The notes below the pieces were generated by a model. That model was given only the letters and a program-made list of their open reading frames with translations. It was not told the origin of the DNA and searched no databases. Shown here piece after piece: positions 8,577-17,530 of a stretch of 64,000 nucleotides of DNA. The DNA is from Anaerolineales bacterium (lineage in GTDB: Bacteria; Chloroflexota; Anaerolineae; Anaerolineales; E44-bin32). Position 1 is the first letter of the stretch. Each line of letters opens with the position of its first letter. The stretch is from assembly GCA_036397095.1 (NCBI GenBank), contig DASWJQ010000039.1, positions 1,422-65,421 on the forward strand. Direction: 5' to 3'. The position numbers and the translations under genes were made by a program.

Positions 8577-8948
8577 GGATTTGGGACTGGGGACTGGGGA
8601 TTGGGAGCGGTGATAAGTGACAGGTGAAAGGTGATATGCAAGAACGGTGAAGCGGGAATGGTGGGCCACATTGCCGAGCTCCCGCCCAACCCGAAGGGGA
8701 ATCCAGGCTACCGAAACTTGCAGGACGGTGAGTGGGTGTCTGCCCCTCTCTGTGCTCAGGGTGCTTCGCTTAGGGGCGGCACAAGTGCAGGGATTGGGGA
8801 TTGGGAGCGGTGATAAGTGATAAGTTACAGGTAATAGGTGATACGGAATACGGAAGCGCACGGAAGACCGAACGGGATAACGCCAACCTCGCGCAACCCG
8901 AAGGGGAATCCAGGCTACCGAAGCTTGCACGACGGTGAGTGGGGGTCT
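8577..8948. repeat. Repeat family A: two about 160-nt units spaced about 200 nt apart
   Basis: GGATTGGGAGCGGTGATAAGTGA recurs exactly at 8598 and 8798. CAACCCGAAGGGGAATCCAGGCTACCGAA(A/G)CTTGCA(G/C)GACGGTGAGTGGG recurs at 8687 and 8894. Each unit starts with a G-run tract. Confidence 0.85.
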
Positions 8949-8977
8949 GGGGTCGCACTACATCCCCGCCCCCAGGG

Positions 8978-9221
8978 CCCCCCCTTGAGGGGGGAGCTGT
9001 ATGGGGGGAGAAAGAGACAATCAACGTCGATAACGAGCTACGGTGTCGAACTGTCTGCACCGAGAGCAAGAAGCCCCGCCGCGGCAGCGGCATACCCCCC
9101 TCCCCCTTGAGGGGGGAGCTGTATGGGGGGAGAAAGAGACAATCAACGTCGATGACGAGCTGCGGTATGGAACTGTCTGCGTCGAGAGAAAGAAGCCCTG
9201 CCGCGGCAGCGCCTTAAACCC
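8978..9221. repeat. Repeat family B: 122-nt unit in two direct tandem copies
   Basis: CCCCCTTGAGGGGGGAGCTGTATGGGGGGAGAAAGAGACAATCAACGTCGAT.ACGAGCT.CGGT...GAACTGTCTGC..CGAGAG.AAGAAGCCC.GCCGCGGCAGCG occurs twice (TT anchors at 8985 and 9107). I count about 9 substitutions between the copies. Each unit opens with a C-run/G-run hairpin. Confidence 0.9.
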
Positions 9222-9230
9222 CCCTAAACA

Positions 9231-9950
9231 CTAACCCCTGGCACTGCGTTTGGACGTCTGCACGGGGAAGATCGCGCCAACAACACGGTAGATGCTCAAG
9301 AACAACAGCGATGCGCCGCTGGCCACATACGCCGCCTGCACCAGAAGCGAGCTGGAATCGCTGCCGCTGGTGATGCCGTGCAGCAAGGCCATGGCGAAAG
9401 CGCCAAACGTTAGAAAGTGGAGCCAGCGCCAGAGTTTGTGTCCGATTCGCTTACGAACGTAGAAGCTCAGGCTGATCACAATCAGGGCATAAAAGGCAAG
9501 TTGGCCCAGGCCGACCCACAACGGCTCATAGGCCGTACTCTGGAATGGCACCAGGACCTGACTCAGCGAGTACTGAATGTATCGGTCACCCAAAAGAATC
9601 AGTGCATGAAACAACGCCAGGTTGAGGCCCAGCAGGCTCAAGTACTGGTGGAGTTCGAAGGCCAGCGGGCCCCCGGGCCAAAGGCGCGCCAGCTTGTTGG
9701 AAATCGAGATGCCTAAGGCCATTGAAAGCCACATCAGCCCGTAGGCGGTCAGCCCGCTGGCACGTGACAGGTACCAATAGGCTTTCGGTGCGTCACCAAA
9801 GAGCGTGGCCGCCAGGTCCGGCGCCCAGGCCGGCACCAGTACAACCGCCAACAGCACCCCAAAGAGCACCGACAAGAACATGATGGCAACCGTCCCAAAT
9901 GGAACTGCCGTCTCCAGTTCGTCGAGATCCACCGTCGTCTGTTCAGCCAT
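9231..9950 (-). CDS. Ferric-reductase-like transmembrane domain protein (MsrQ-like, di-haem type)
   Basis: 239 aa, about 6 TM helices, with conserved His in LAFELHQYLS, LALFHALILL, WRWLHFLTF and AMALLHGI. There is no fused FAD/NAD domain. Confidence 0.7.
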   Translation of the reverse strand: MAEQTTVDLDELETAVPFGTVAIMFLSVLFGVLLAVVLVPAWAPDLAATLFGDAPKAYWYLSRASGLTAYGLMWLSMALGISISNKLARLWPGGPLAFELHQYLSLLGLNLALFHALILLGDRYIQYSLSQVLVPFQSTAYEPLWVGLGQLAFYALIVISLSFYVRKRIGHKLWRWLHFLTFGAFAMALLHGITSGSDSSSLLVQAAYVASGASLLFLSIYRVVGAIFPVQTSKRSARG

Positions 9951-10877
9951 CTAGCCCTTCCACACAAATGCATCCCAGCCACGAGACGCCCATGCTTGCC
10001 CATGGTCGCCGATCAGCAACCCCTCGGTTGCCGGCTGGCCGTGGAGCCAGCCGAGGCCCAACGAATGGCCAAGCAGCAGGGACGCCTTGGCAGCCGCTTC
10101 CGCCTGGAGCCCATCGGCGGCGATGACGGTTGACCGCACCACATCACTGCGTGACGGGGCTGCGGTGCGCGGATCGATCAAGTGATGCTGGTCGCCGGCC
10201 GGCCCAGACCAGCGCCGCCGGTCGCGGCCGGAGGTGGCGACAAAGCCGTCTTCGACCACGAGCAGGCCCAGGGGCTCGCCCGCCTCATCCCCCAACCCGT
10301 CGATGTCAATGGCCCAAGGATGACCATCGCGCCGCGGACCCCGGACGGCAATGTCGCCGCCGGCGTCGACCAAAGCCGGCCCAAGCCGAGAAAGGCGGTT
10401 GGCCGCCTGGTCGGCCGCCCAGCCTTTGGCAATGCCGCCCAGGTCGATCCGCACATCCGGCGGGAGCCAAATCCGGCTGTCAGCCTCATCAATCTTGACT
10501 GCCGACCACATGCCAGCCGGGATACCGTCCGGCGCCTCGCGAACCGGGCCTTGTCCCAGACCCAGCTCAAAGCCGCGGTCGTAACCAGCGAACTCGAGGG
10601 CAGGCAGCACCGTCGGATCCACCAATCCACCGGTAAGACCGGCCGCCCGCACGGCGGCAGTGGTGACGGCCAGCATCGTGTTGGACACACGCTGCCAGCC
10701 ACCGCCTCGAGCGTTGACGTGGCAAAGCTCGCTATCCGGCCGGAAGCGACTGAGCTTGGCCTCCCATTCCTCGAACCAGGCCGGCACCTGGCGCAGGGTG
10801 GCCTCCGCCACCGGGTTGTCGGCGTCCACGACGGCCTTCATTTGACAACCCATCGCACGGAACGTGATCTCAAGCAT
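9951..10877 (-). CDS. ApbE family FAD:protein FMN transferase
   Basis: 308 aa with F.AMGC...V at the N-terminus and the DLGGIAKGWAAD motif. No signal peptide is visible. Confidence 0.85.
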   Translation of the reverse strand: MLEITFRAMGCQMKAVVDADNPVAEATLRQVPAWFEEWEAKLSRFRPDSELCHVNARGGGWQRVSNTMLAVTTAAVRAAGLTGGLVDPTVLPALEFAGYDRGFELGLGQGPVREAPDGIPAGMWSAVKIDEADSRIWLPPDVRIDLGGIAKGWAADQAANRLSRLGPALVDAGGDIAVRGPRRDGHPWAIDIDGLGDEAGEPLGLLVVEDGFVATSGRDRRRWSGPAGDQHHLIDPRTAAPSRSDVVRSTVIAADGLQAEAAAKASLLLGHSLGLGWLHGQPATEGLLIGDHGQAWASRGWDAFVWKG

Positions 10878-10883
10878 CTAACC

Positions 10884-11240
10884 CTATCCGGACGAGCGTG
10901 TCGAGGCCGATGACGATGGCCGGGAAGACGATGAGGACGAGGCAGACGAGGCCGCCGGAGCACTGACGCGACGCAAAGCCGGGGGAGCTGCCGTCGGGGC
11001 GGCGTTGACAGCCGTCGTTTGAAGATCGTCGGGCGCCGGTATCACCGTCGGAACCGGCGGCAGCGCCAACACCAGCGGCGTCACGGTCGGCTCGGGCTGG
11101 CTCTCGCCCGCCCCTTCGGCCGAAAGCTTGGCCCACCCTCCAAGCGTTCCGGCCAACGCCAGTAGCGTCAGGAGGGTCTTACTCAGACCGCCGGCGATCG
11201 GGGGCTTGCGCCGCCTGGCGGCCGGGGAGGAGCTAGCCAC
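10884..11240 (-). CDS. Hypothetical membrane-anchored Pro/Ser-rich protein (GTG start, 8-nt overlap with the PepSY gene)
   Basis: In-operon ORF: VASSSPAARRRKPPIAGGLSKTLLTLLALAGTLGGWA..., then a Pro-rich spacer and an ...ASSASSSSSSRPSSSASTRSSG tail. It is low complexity, so coding status is uncertain. Confidence 0.3.
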   Translation of the reverse strand: MASSSPAARRRKPPIAGGLSKTLLTLLALAGTLGGWAKLSAEGAGESQPEPTVTPLVLALPPVPTVIPAPDDLQTTAVNAAPTAAPPALRRVSAPAASSASSSSSSRPSSSASTRSSG

Positions 11241-11799
11241 TGTCCTCGTCCTCGTCTTCGTGTTCATCTTCGTGCTCGTCATCGTCATCACCATCATGCT
11301 CGCCGTAGCTGCCGCCATCGTCCGCTGGCGGGCTGCTGGCGCCGTTGTAGAGCAGGATGGCGTCGGTGGCCGAGATATAGACCGGGCCGCCGTCCAGCAG
11401 CACCTCGTAGGCAACCGTGCCCCGGAAGTCGACAAGTTCCGGCCAGTGGCGCAGCTCACTGCCCGGCGCCAGATTCAACGCCAACCCGACGGCCAGTTCC
11501 GCAGACACCGGGTACACCGCAGTCTGAGGCTCAGCCGGCGGTTCGGCGATCCCGCTGGCGGCAATCGTCTCGTAGGCCTCCGCCAACTGGACGTTGGCCT
11601 GCTCGAGCGCCTGCTGGTATTCGGCCTCCCGTACCTGCCACTCGGCTTCGATCTCCGGCGGGAGCTCCACCGCCGGAGCCGGCCCGACTCCCTCGGCTTG
11701 TTGAGCGGCGACGGCCGCAACCGCCCCAATGGCGACCAGCAGAAAAGCAGTCAGCCCTACCGACAGAAAAAGCGCCGTTCTTTGACCCATGCTGTGCAC
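11233..11799 (-). CDS. PepSY domain-containing membrane-anchored protein with an acidic His/Asp/Glu tail
   Basis: 188 aa with an N-terminal TM helix, a PepSY-like core (...ELVDFRGTVAYEVLLDGGPVYISATDAILL) and a C-terminal DGDDDDEHEDEHEDEDEDSG. Confidence 0.6.
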   Translation of the reverse strand: MHSMGQRTALFLSVGLTAFLLVAIGAVAAVAAQQAEGVGPAPAVELPPEIEAEWQVREAEYQQALEQANVQLAEAYETIAASGIAEPPAEPQTAVYPVSAELAVGLALNLAPGSELRHWPELVDFRGTVAYEVLLDGGPVYISATDAILLYNGASSPPADDGGSYGEHDGDDDDEHEDEHEDEDEDSG

Positions 11800-11914
11800 C
11801 TCCCAGATACAGGCTGAAGCTTAGGTTTCGATGCTAAGATTCGTCTGGGAATGGCGACCCAACATTCCAAGGATTTTCCAATCCAACGCCGCTACCCTGC
11901 CACGGAGGTCGCCC

Positions 11915-12601
11915 ATGAAGCTGCTCGTTGTAGAAGACGATCCCAAACTGGGTCGGTTAATCCAGTCTGTCCTGGCTGAGTCTGGTTTTCCGGCGGAACT
12001 GGCGGCCGACGGCGACACCGGCCTCGATCTGGCGCTGCGCGGTCACTATGATGTTGCCGTTATTGACTGGATGCTGCCCGGGCGGGATGGCCCTGCCATT
12101 TGCCGGGCGGTTCGAGCGGCAGGCATTCCTACCGCCCTGATTCTTCTGACGGCCCGCAGCCAGATCGAGGACCGCGTTGCCGGTCTCGACAGCGGCGCCG
12201 ATGATTACCTGGTCAAACCGTTTGCCTTCGAGGAACTGCTGGCCAGGGTGCGGGCACTTGGCCGGCGCGGCGCCCCCTTAAACCGGGACACCTGGGAACT
12301 TCGGACAGGCCAGGTGGTGATGGATTTGGGCGCACACACTGCCCGGCGCGGCGAGACCCCGCTCGACCTGACCAAGACCGAGTGGTCACTGCTTGAGTTC
12401 TTCCTGCGTCACCCGGGCCAAATCCTGACCCGGCAGCAGATACTTGATTACGTTTGGTCTTACGACACCTCGGTCCAGCCGAGCCTGGTCGATGTGTACG
12501 TTTCCTACCTGCGCAAGAAGCTTGATCAACCTGGCCTGGGTGACCCCATTCTGACGGTCCGTGGCGTGGGCTACCGCTGGCAGGCACCCGATGTTCCATA
12601 A
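11915..12601 (+). CDS. OmpR/PhoB-family response regulator
   Basis: MKLLVVEDDPKLGRLI..., the phospho-acceptor context DVAVIDWMLPGRDG, ADDYLVKPF, and a winged-helix C-terminus (LTKTEWSLLEFF...VRGVGYRW). GGAGG RBS. Confidence 0.9.
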   Translation: MKLLVVEDDPKLGRLIQSVLAESGFPAELAADGDTGLDLALRGHYDVAVIDWMLPGRDGPAICRAVRAAGIPTALILLTARSQIEDRVAGLDSGADDYLVKPFAFEELLARVRALGRRGAPLNRDTWELRTGQVVMDLGAHTARRGETPLDLTKTEWSLLEFFLRHPGQILTRQQILDYVWSYDTSVQPSLVDVYVSYLRKKLDQPGLGDPILTVRGVGYRWQAPDVP

Positions 12602-13964
12602 CCTGCGTCTGCGCCTGACCCTGCTCTACCTGGCCGCCGGCGCCGGCCTTTCGCTGGCGATGGCGCTGACAGCCTATGGCCTGGTCAGCTATTACTTCCA
12701 GCGCACCACGGACCGCGCGCTGCAGCATGTGATGGCCGAGCATATGGAATTGCTGGGAGCCGAGCTGCCAACCGAATTGTGGCAAGCCGAGGAGACCTGG
12801 TACAGCGGCGCCGCCAGCTTGCTCCCCCCCCAAATCAGCGCCGCACTGCGCCCTGTGCTCGAGCAGGATCCATCCTTTGATCCGGGCCAAGTCGAATTTC
12901 ATGAGACCGCCGGCGAGCAGGCGCTCGATGCCGAATTGGCCGCCATTTTCGTACTGGCGCTCAATGAACGCGGCCGGCTCCTGCCCGGCTTCAACCTGGA
13001 AGCCTCCCCGCTGGCACCGGACACGGAAGCGGTTGAAGAGGCGCTGGAACACGGCCACGATTTCCGCACGGTCCGGGCCGGTGGCACACGAATCCGACTG
13101 TTGACCTACCAACTGCAGGGGATCGATCAACCCCGCATCCTGCAGGTCGGCCGCTCGCTGCGCGACCAGCAGCAACTGCTTGCCCTGCTGGGGGTCGGGC
13201 TATTTGTGTTTGGTGCTGTCACCCTGGCCGGGTTGGCCGCTGCTAGTTGGTGGCTGGCGGGCGAGAGCCTGCGTCCCACAGAACTCGCTTTCGAGCGCCA
13301 ACAGTCGTTCGTGGCCAACGCAAGCCATGAGCTGAGGGCGCCGTTGACGCTGATACGGTCGAGCGCCGAGGTTGCCAGGTCGAAAGCCAGCGGCAAACAG
13401 GCCTCACTGCTCGACGACATCCTGCACGAAGTCGATCACATGAGCCGCCTAATTGAGGACCAATTGCTCCTATCGCGACTGGATGTCGACCGGCTGCCAT
13501 TGACCCTGCAGCCGATCGCCTTGCACACGCTGGCAGGTGAATTGGTCCGCCAGGTACAAGACTTGCCGGCGGCAACCGGATTGGCCATTGGCTGCTCGGC
13601 CGAGCCCATCTGGACACAGGGCGATCCGACAAGGTTACGGCAAGTCCTTCACATCATTCTGGACAACGCCATCCAACACACACCGGATGGAGGCACCATT
13701 GACGTTCAGGTGTTGGCAAACGGCTCGGATGTTATCGTGCGGGTTGAGGATGATGGTCCGGGGATCCCGCCGGCCGACCTGGGGCACGTTCTTGACCGCT
13801 TCTACCGGGTGGACAAAGCCCGTCGTCGTGGCCAGGGATCTGGTCTTGGCTTGTCGATCGCAACGGCACTGGTGCGGGCACACCGGGGCGAACTCACCAT
13901 CGAAAGCCAGCCTGGCCAGGGAACGACCGTCAGCGTGCGGTTGCCAAGGCTGCACCGGAGCTGA
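12591..13964 (+). CDS. Sensor histidine kinase (two TM segments, HisKA + HATPase_c)
   Basis: H-box FVANASHELRAPLT, N-box ILDNAIQHTP, G-boxes EDDGPGI and GSGLGLSI. The ATG at 12591 overlaps the regulator stop codon. Confidence 0.9.
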   Translation: MFHNLRLRLTLLYLAAGAGLSLAMALTAYGLVSYYFQRTTDRALQHVMAEHMELLGAELPTELWQAEETWYSGAASLLPPQISAALRPVLEQDPSFDPGQVEFHETAGEQALDAELAAIFVLALNERGRLLPGFNLEASPLAPDTEAVEEALEHGHDFRTVRAGGTRIRLLTYQLQGIDQPRILQVGRSLRDQQQLLALLGVGLFVFGAVTLAGLAAASWWLAGESLRPTELAFERQQSFVANASHELRAPLTLIRSSAEVARSKASGKQASLLDDILHEVDHMSRLIEDQLLLSRLDVDRLPLTLQPIALHTLAGELVRQVQDLPAATGLAIGCSAEPIWTQGDPTRLRQVLHIILDNAIQHTPDGGTIDVQVLANGSDVIVRVEDDGPGIPPADLGHVLDRFYRVDKARRRGQGSGLGLSIATALVRAHRGELTIESQPGQGTTVSVRLPRLHRS

Positions 13965-14162
13965 TAGGTATTCCAAACCCAGATCAATAAGCCTACAAAA
14001 CACAAAGACTCAAAGACTCGAACAGAAACTAGCAGCCGGAGTCCGACATGCTTGGAGAACACCGTGTCTCGCCGTTGTCAAATCTAGAGCCCTTCCTGGC
14101 CCGGCGGATAGGCAAACCTTCCCACTAACTCTTCCACCGCAGGGGTGGTACCCTTACGCGCC

Positions 14163-15761
14163 ATGGCCCAGCTAAAGACCCCTCACCGAGTTCTCCATAC
14201 TCTCTTGCTGGTCACAGTACTGGCGGCCGGCGCAGCCGTGCCGGTGGCGGCCCAGGGCTGGACCCCCGTGGCGCCGGGCGTCGACTATCAGCAGTTCCGC
14301 GGCGCTGGCCCCAGCCGGGTCTTCGTCGTGCGCATGGACCGCTCCCAACCGAACCTCACGCTGGAAACGGCCATTGCGCAACGGCAGCTCGAGGACGGCA
14401 AGGCCACGGTCAGCGAAATGGTGGGCGTCTACGATCAATCCCTGACGGCCTGGGAGCCGGCCTGGGGTGCCCGCATGGACGTCATCGCCGCCATCAATGG
14501 ATCGTTCCATGACATCGAAACGGGCGTGCCGCAGAGCGGAATGGTCAGCGGCGGTTGGTACATCCGCCGCTTCGACGACCTGGGGGGCGGCAGCGGCTTC
14601 GCCTGGCGGCTGGACCGCTCGGCCATGATCGGCAGCTGTGTGCGCCATCCGCCCGATGGCCAGTTGCTGACCGTGATCGAAACCAATGCCAGCCATCGCC
14701 TGGCCAAAATCAACGGTCGACCCGCCGGCAACGAATTGGCCGTGTTCACCCACCATTATGGGCGGCGGATGCCGGCGGCGGGCAACCTGTCGGTGATGGT
14801 CCAGATGGATCAGCCACTGACCATTTTGGAATACCCGGAGATGGCCACCGGCACGGTCGTCGAGGTGGCCGCCGGCAGCGAGGGCCGGACGATTCCGTTC
14901 GACCAGGCGATTGTCACCGGCCGTGGCTCGGCCGCCAGCTGGCTGCGGGACAACGTCGAGGTCGGCGACCGGGTTGGCTTCTCTATGCGCATCGACCACT
15001 ACCAATCCGACTGTCAGGCTTGGCGGGGCGTGACCTGGGCGGAGACCTATGCCAGCCTGTCTGGCAGCTTTGAGTTCCTGATGGACGGTGAAATCCGGTC
15101 CTTCGATGACCTTGGGGCCACCGTCCGCAACCCGCGCACGGCCATCTGCTTCAACGACGACTACCTGTACTTTGTGGTCGTCGACGGCCGCAATCCAGGC
15201 ATGAGCGAAGGCATGACCATCGAAGAACTCGGGGCGTTCTGCCGCGATGATCTCGGGGCCAATTGGGGCATCAACCAGGACGGGGGTGGATCATCGGCCT
15301 TGTGGGTCGATGGCGACATCGTCAACAACCCCTCCGACGGCCACGAGCGCCCGGTAGCGAATGCGTTGATGTTGGTGGCGGTTGAACCCATAGAGCGATC
15401 GACCCGCTTCTCGCCGGGCGCGCAGATCGAGACGACCGGCCCTGTCGACCTGAGCGTCGGCCCTGGCCAAAACTTCCAGACGCCGCAAGATGTCGGCGCC
15501 GGCGAAGTCGGTACTGTCCTGGCCGATCCGCACGGCCTCGATGGCGTGCTGGCCACCGGCAGCTACTGGTGGAAGATCGGCTTCCAAGGCCGCGTAGGCT
15601 GGGTAGCGGAGCAAGACCTGGAGCTCGTAGGCGGCGAATCGGCGGCCGGCGCCAAGCCCCCGCAAGCCGAACTGGACGACGTCAAGAACCTGCTTGCCAG
15701 CCAGTTGTGGCTTCAGGCTCGCGCCGTGCACCTGCGTCAGATACTTCTGGGCGGTTGGTAG
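14163..15761 (+). CDS. Secreted phosphodiester glycosidase (NAGPA/DUF2233) family protein with a C-terminal SH3-like domain
   Basis: Signal peptide LLLVTVLAAGAAVPVAAQG, the AINGSF motif, RTAICFNDDYLYFVVVDGR...GMT..ELG, INQDGGGSS, and a GSYWWKIGFQGRVGWVAEQDL tail. An alternative GTG start lies at 14145. Confidence 0.7.
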   Translation: MAQLKTPHRVLHTLLLVTVLAAGAAVPVAAQGWTPVAPGVDYQQFRGAGPSRVFVVRMDRSQPNLTLETAIAQRQLEDGKATVSEMVGVYDQSLTAWEPAWGARMDVIAAINGSFHDIETGVPQSGMVSGGWYIRRFDDLGGGSGFAWRLDRSAMIGSCVRHPPDGQLLTVIETNASHRLAKINGRPAGNELAVFTHHYGRRMPAAGNLSVMVQMDQPLTILEYPEMATGTVVEVAAGSEGRTIPFDQAIVTGRGSAASWLRDNVEVGDRVGFSMRIDHYQSDCQAWRGVTWAETYASLSGSFEFLMDGEIRSFDDLGATVRNPRTAICFNDDYLYFVVVDGRNPGMSEGMTIEELGAFCRDDLGANWGINQDGGGSSALWVDGDIVNNPSDGHERPVANALMLVAVEPIERSTRFSPGAQIETTGPVDLSVGPGQNFQTPQDVGAGEVGTVLADPHGLDGVLATGSYWWKIGFQGRVGWVAEQDLELVGGESAAGAKPPQAELDDVKNLLASQLWLQARAVHLRQILLGGW

Positions 15762-15778
15762 GCTGGCGCGACGGGCGG

Positions 15779-17389
15779 CTACCAGCCATAGGACCCGCAG
15801 TAGTAGATCTCATCCTCGTCTAAGGTTATCTGGCTCGAGCCCCACTCATCCTCTTCAATTGGATAGTCTGCAAGCTGCCCGGCCACCGCCTCCAGTGCAG
15901 AGGCCGCCTGGGCAGCTGGCAGACGGAAAGATGGCCAGCTGCTGGTCTCGGCCCGTTCGGCCAGGATATGCCGGCGGCAAGAAAGCCCGGCCAACAGCGT
16001 TGGGCGCTCGTCGTCCGGCACGCGGTCGAGCCGCGCAACAATGGCAGGCACGGCGTCGTCCGATAGGGTGGTCAAGTACCACGCATCCAGCTGACCGATG
16101 GACTGCTGATGCTGGAAGTTCTGGCGAACGATGAAGTCGTCCACATTGAGGGCGGCCAGGCTCAGCGCAAAGCCTACAGCCGCCAGCAGGCTGGCGGGGG
16201 CAAAGCGGCGCAATTGATCGCGCACGAGCAGCACAACAAAGCCGGCGAAGAGCAGCCCCAACCACAGGATGAAAACGTGGGTGTAGCTGCGCAGCCGGGT
16301 GAAGCCGTAGGCCTGTTCGTAAAGCAGAAGCCGCTGGAATGCCGAGACCAGCATCACCATGACCATGGCCACCAGTCCCACGCTGAATCCATCGAACAGA
16401 CGGCGATCCCGCTGTGCCTCTCGTCGGCTGACCGCTGCCAGCGTGAAAATCAGACCTAACGCCAAGGCGCCGGCGAATACCAGTTCGCCGAAACCTTGCC
16501 GGGCGTACTCGGCGTAGGTGTAGGCGGTTGCCGTGATGTTGGCCTCCCCGCCAAAGAAGTAGCGGAACTGCACCGCCACAAACAGCAGAAAAATCAGGTC
16601 GACCGCTCCCAGCACGATCAGGGTCTCGATCATTCCCAGGAAGGCCGGCACCAACGGCTTGCCCTGGCGCACAACGGGCTCGTCTTCCGACCGTCGCAGC
16701 GCCGCTACCAGGGCGCCTAGCAGAAACAAGGCCGCCAGCAGCACGAAGGTGGCGCGCCCAAAGAATTCGAGCAGGCGCTCCAAGTTGAGCCAGGCCAATG
16801 CCTGCTCCACCATATCGCCAAACACCAGGTCGGCGGCGCTGAGCAAGGCTGTGAAGATGATGAGCACCGGCAGGGCCAGGATCAGGCCGCGCACAACGGA
16901 AACTGTGCGGGCCTTGGCTCGCTCGCCGCCGGTGGCCTTCTGCTCGACCGAGGCCAGTGTTGGCCAGGGTCGCAGCCAGGCCTCGAGCGGTACCCACACA
17001 CCCGCCAGGGCCAGATCGAGCCACCCCCAATGGAGGAAGCCGCCCGGTCGGAAAAGACGAACCTGGACAGCCAACAGCCCCAGAGTCAATACGACAGCCA
17101 GGAAGGTCGTCATTGGCTCGACGCGCAGCGGAACCAGCGCGGCTAGAGCCACCGTTGGCACCAGCAAGGCCAGGGCCGCGGGAGCCGGTCGGCGGTCCTC
17201 GTACCACGCGCTGACAAGCAGCGCAATCAAAATGGCCGCCACCCATAGCGGAAACGACACGCCGAGCGCCCGGTCGTAGAACAAACGCTCAGTGATCAGA
17301 CCAAGCAGCAGGCCAGCTCCGGCCAGGGCCAGCGGGCGCCGCGCATTCCACTCGGTGTCGGCGACGATGTTGGGCATTTCGGATTTCAT
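15779..17389 (-). CDS. Large polytopic membrane protein (DUF4153/DUF4173-like), function unknown
   Basis: About 536 aa from ATG 17389 (GGAGA RBS). More than 10 hydrophobic helices and a soluble C-terminal region. The family assignment comes from overall architecture only. Confidence 0.5.
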   Translation of the reverse strand: MKSEMPNIVADTEWNARRPLALAGAGLLLGLITERLFYDRALGVSFPLWVAAILIALLVSAWYEDRRPAPAALALLVPTVALAALVPLRVEPMTTFLAVVLTLGLLAVQVRLFRPGGFLHWGWLDLALAGVWVPLEAWLRPWPTLASVEQKATGGERAKARTVSVVRGLILALPVLIIFTALLSAADLVFGDMVEQALAWLNLERLLEFFGRATFVLLAALFLLGALVAALRRSEDEPVVRQGKPLVPAFLGMIETLIVLGAVDLIFLLFVAVQFRYFFGGEANITATAYTYAEYARQGFGELVFAGALALGLIFTLAAVSRREAQRDRRLFDGFSVGLVAMVMVMLVSAFQRLLLYEQAYGFTRLRSYTHVFILWLGLLFAGFVVLLVRDQLRRFAPASLLAAVGFALSLAALNVDDFIVRQNFQHQQSIGQLDAWYLTTLSDDAVPAIVARLDRVPDDERPTLLAGLSCRRHILAERAETSSWPSFRLPAAQAASALEAVAGQLADYPIEEDEWGSSQITLDEDEIYYCGSYGW

Positions 17390-17530
17390 TGCGATCTCCA
17401 GGGGGAAGCCGGCGCTGAACGCCGGTGGCGAAAGGATGGACCAACCATGCCAGCCGGGGCCTCTCAATCTCCCACACGAGCCTGTCAGAACCCGTCCGAT
17501 AGGTTTTGAGAGACTCTCCCGGTGAGCGGA

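Noticed and set aside
8576-8610. The (GGGGATT/GGGGACT)n tracts as telomere-like chromosome ends.
   Set aside because: The tracts are short (3-6 units), internal to a gene-dense region and flanked by normal genes on both sides. They are treated as G4-prone repeat modules instead.
8313-8930. A 205-aa minus-strand ORF (and the 8345-8689 and 8770-9093 ORFs) across the repeat island.
   Set aside because: The reading frames simply follow the DNA repeats (the duplicated VAWIPLRV peptide comes from repeat A). There are no starts with an RBS, the composition is odd, and they overlap the 3' end of the YciI-like gene.
8577-9221. A possible CRISPR array, prompted by the repeated units.
   Set aside because: The units are 122-200 nt long, far longer than CRISPR repeats. 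Each family has only two copies, there are no regular 25-40 nt spacers, and no cas genes occur in the window.
10884-11459. The full 191-aa version of the Ser/Pro-rich ORF.
   Set aside because: Its 5' two-fifths overlap the PepSY gene out of frame. Only the part from GTG 11240 onward is non-overlapping, and it is retained at low confidence.
15855-17246. A 463-aa alternative-frame ORF inside the large membrane-protein gene. Similar long shadow ORFs occur at 41595-42851, 45818-46888, 50265-51644, 53934-55175, 57254-58822 and 60089-61498.
   Set aside because: All overlap ORFs with strong family motifs on the other strand or frame. Their translations are Arg/Gly/Pro/Ala-rich low-complexity strings, and no RBS or motif support was seen.
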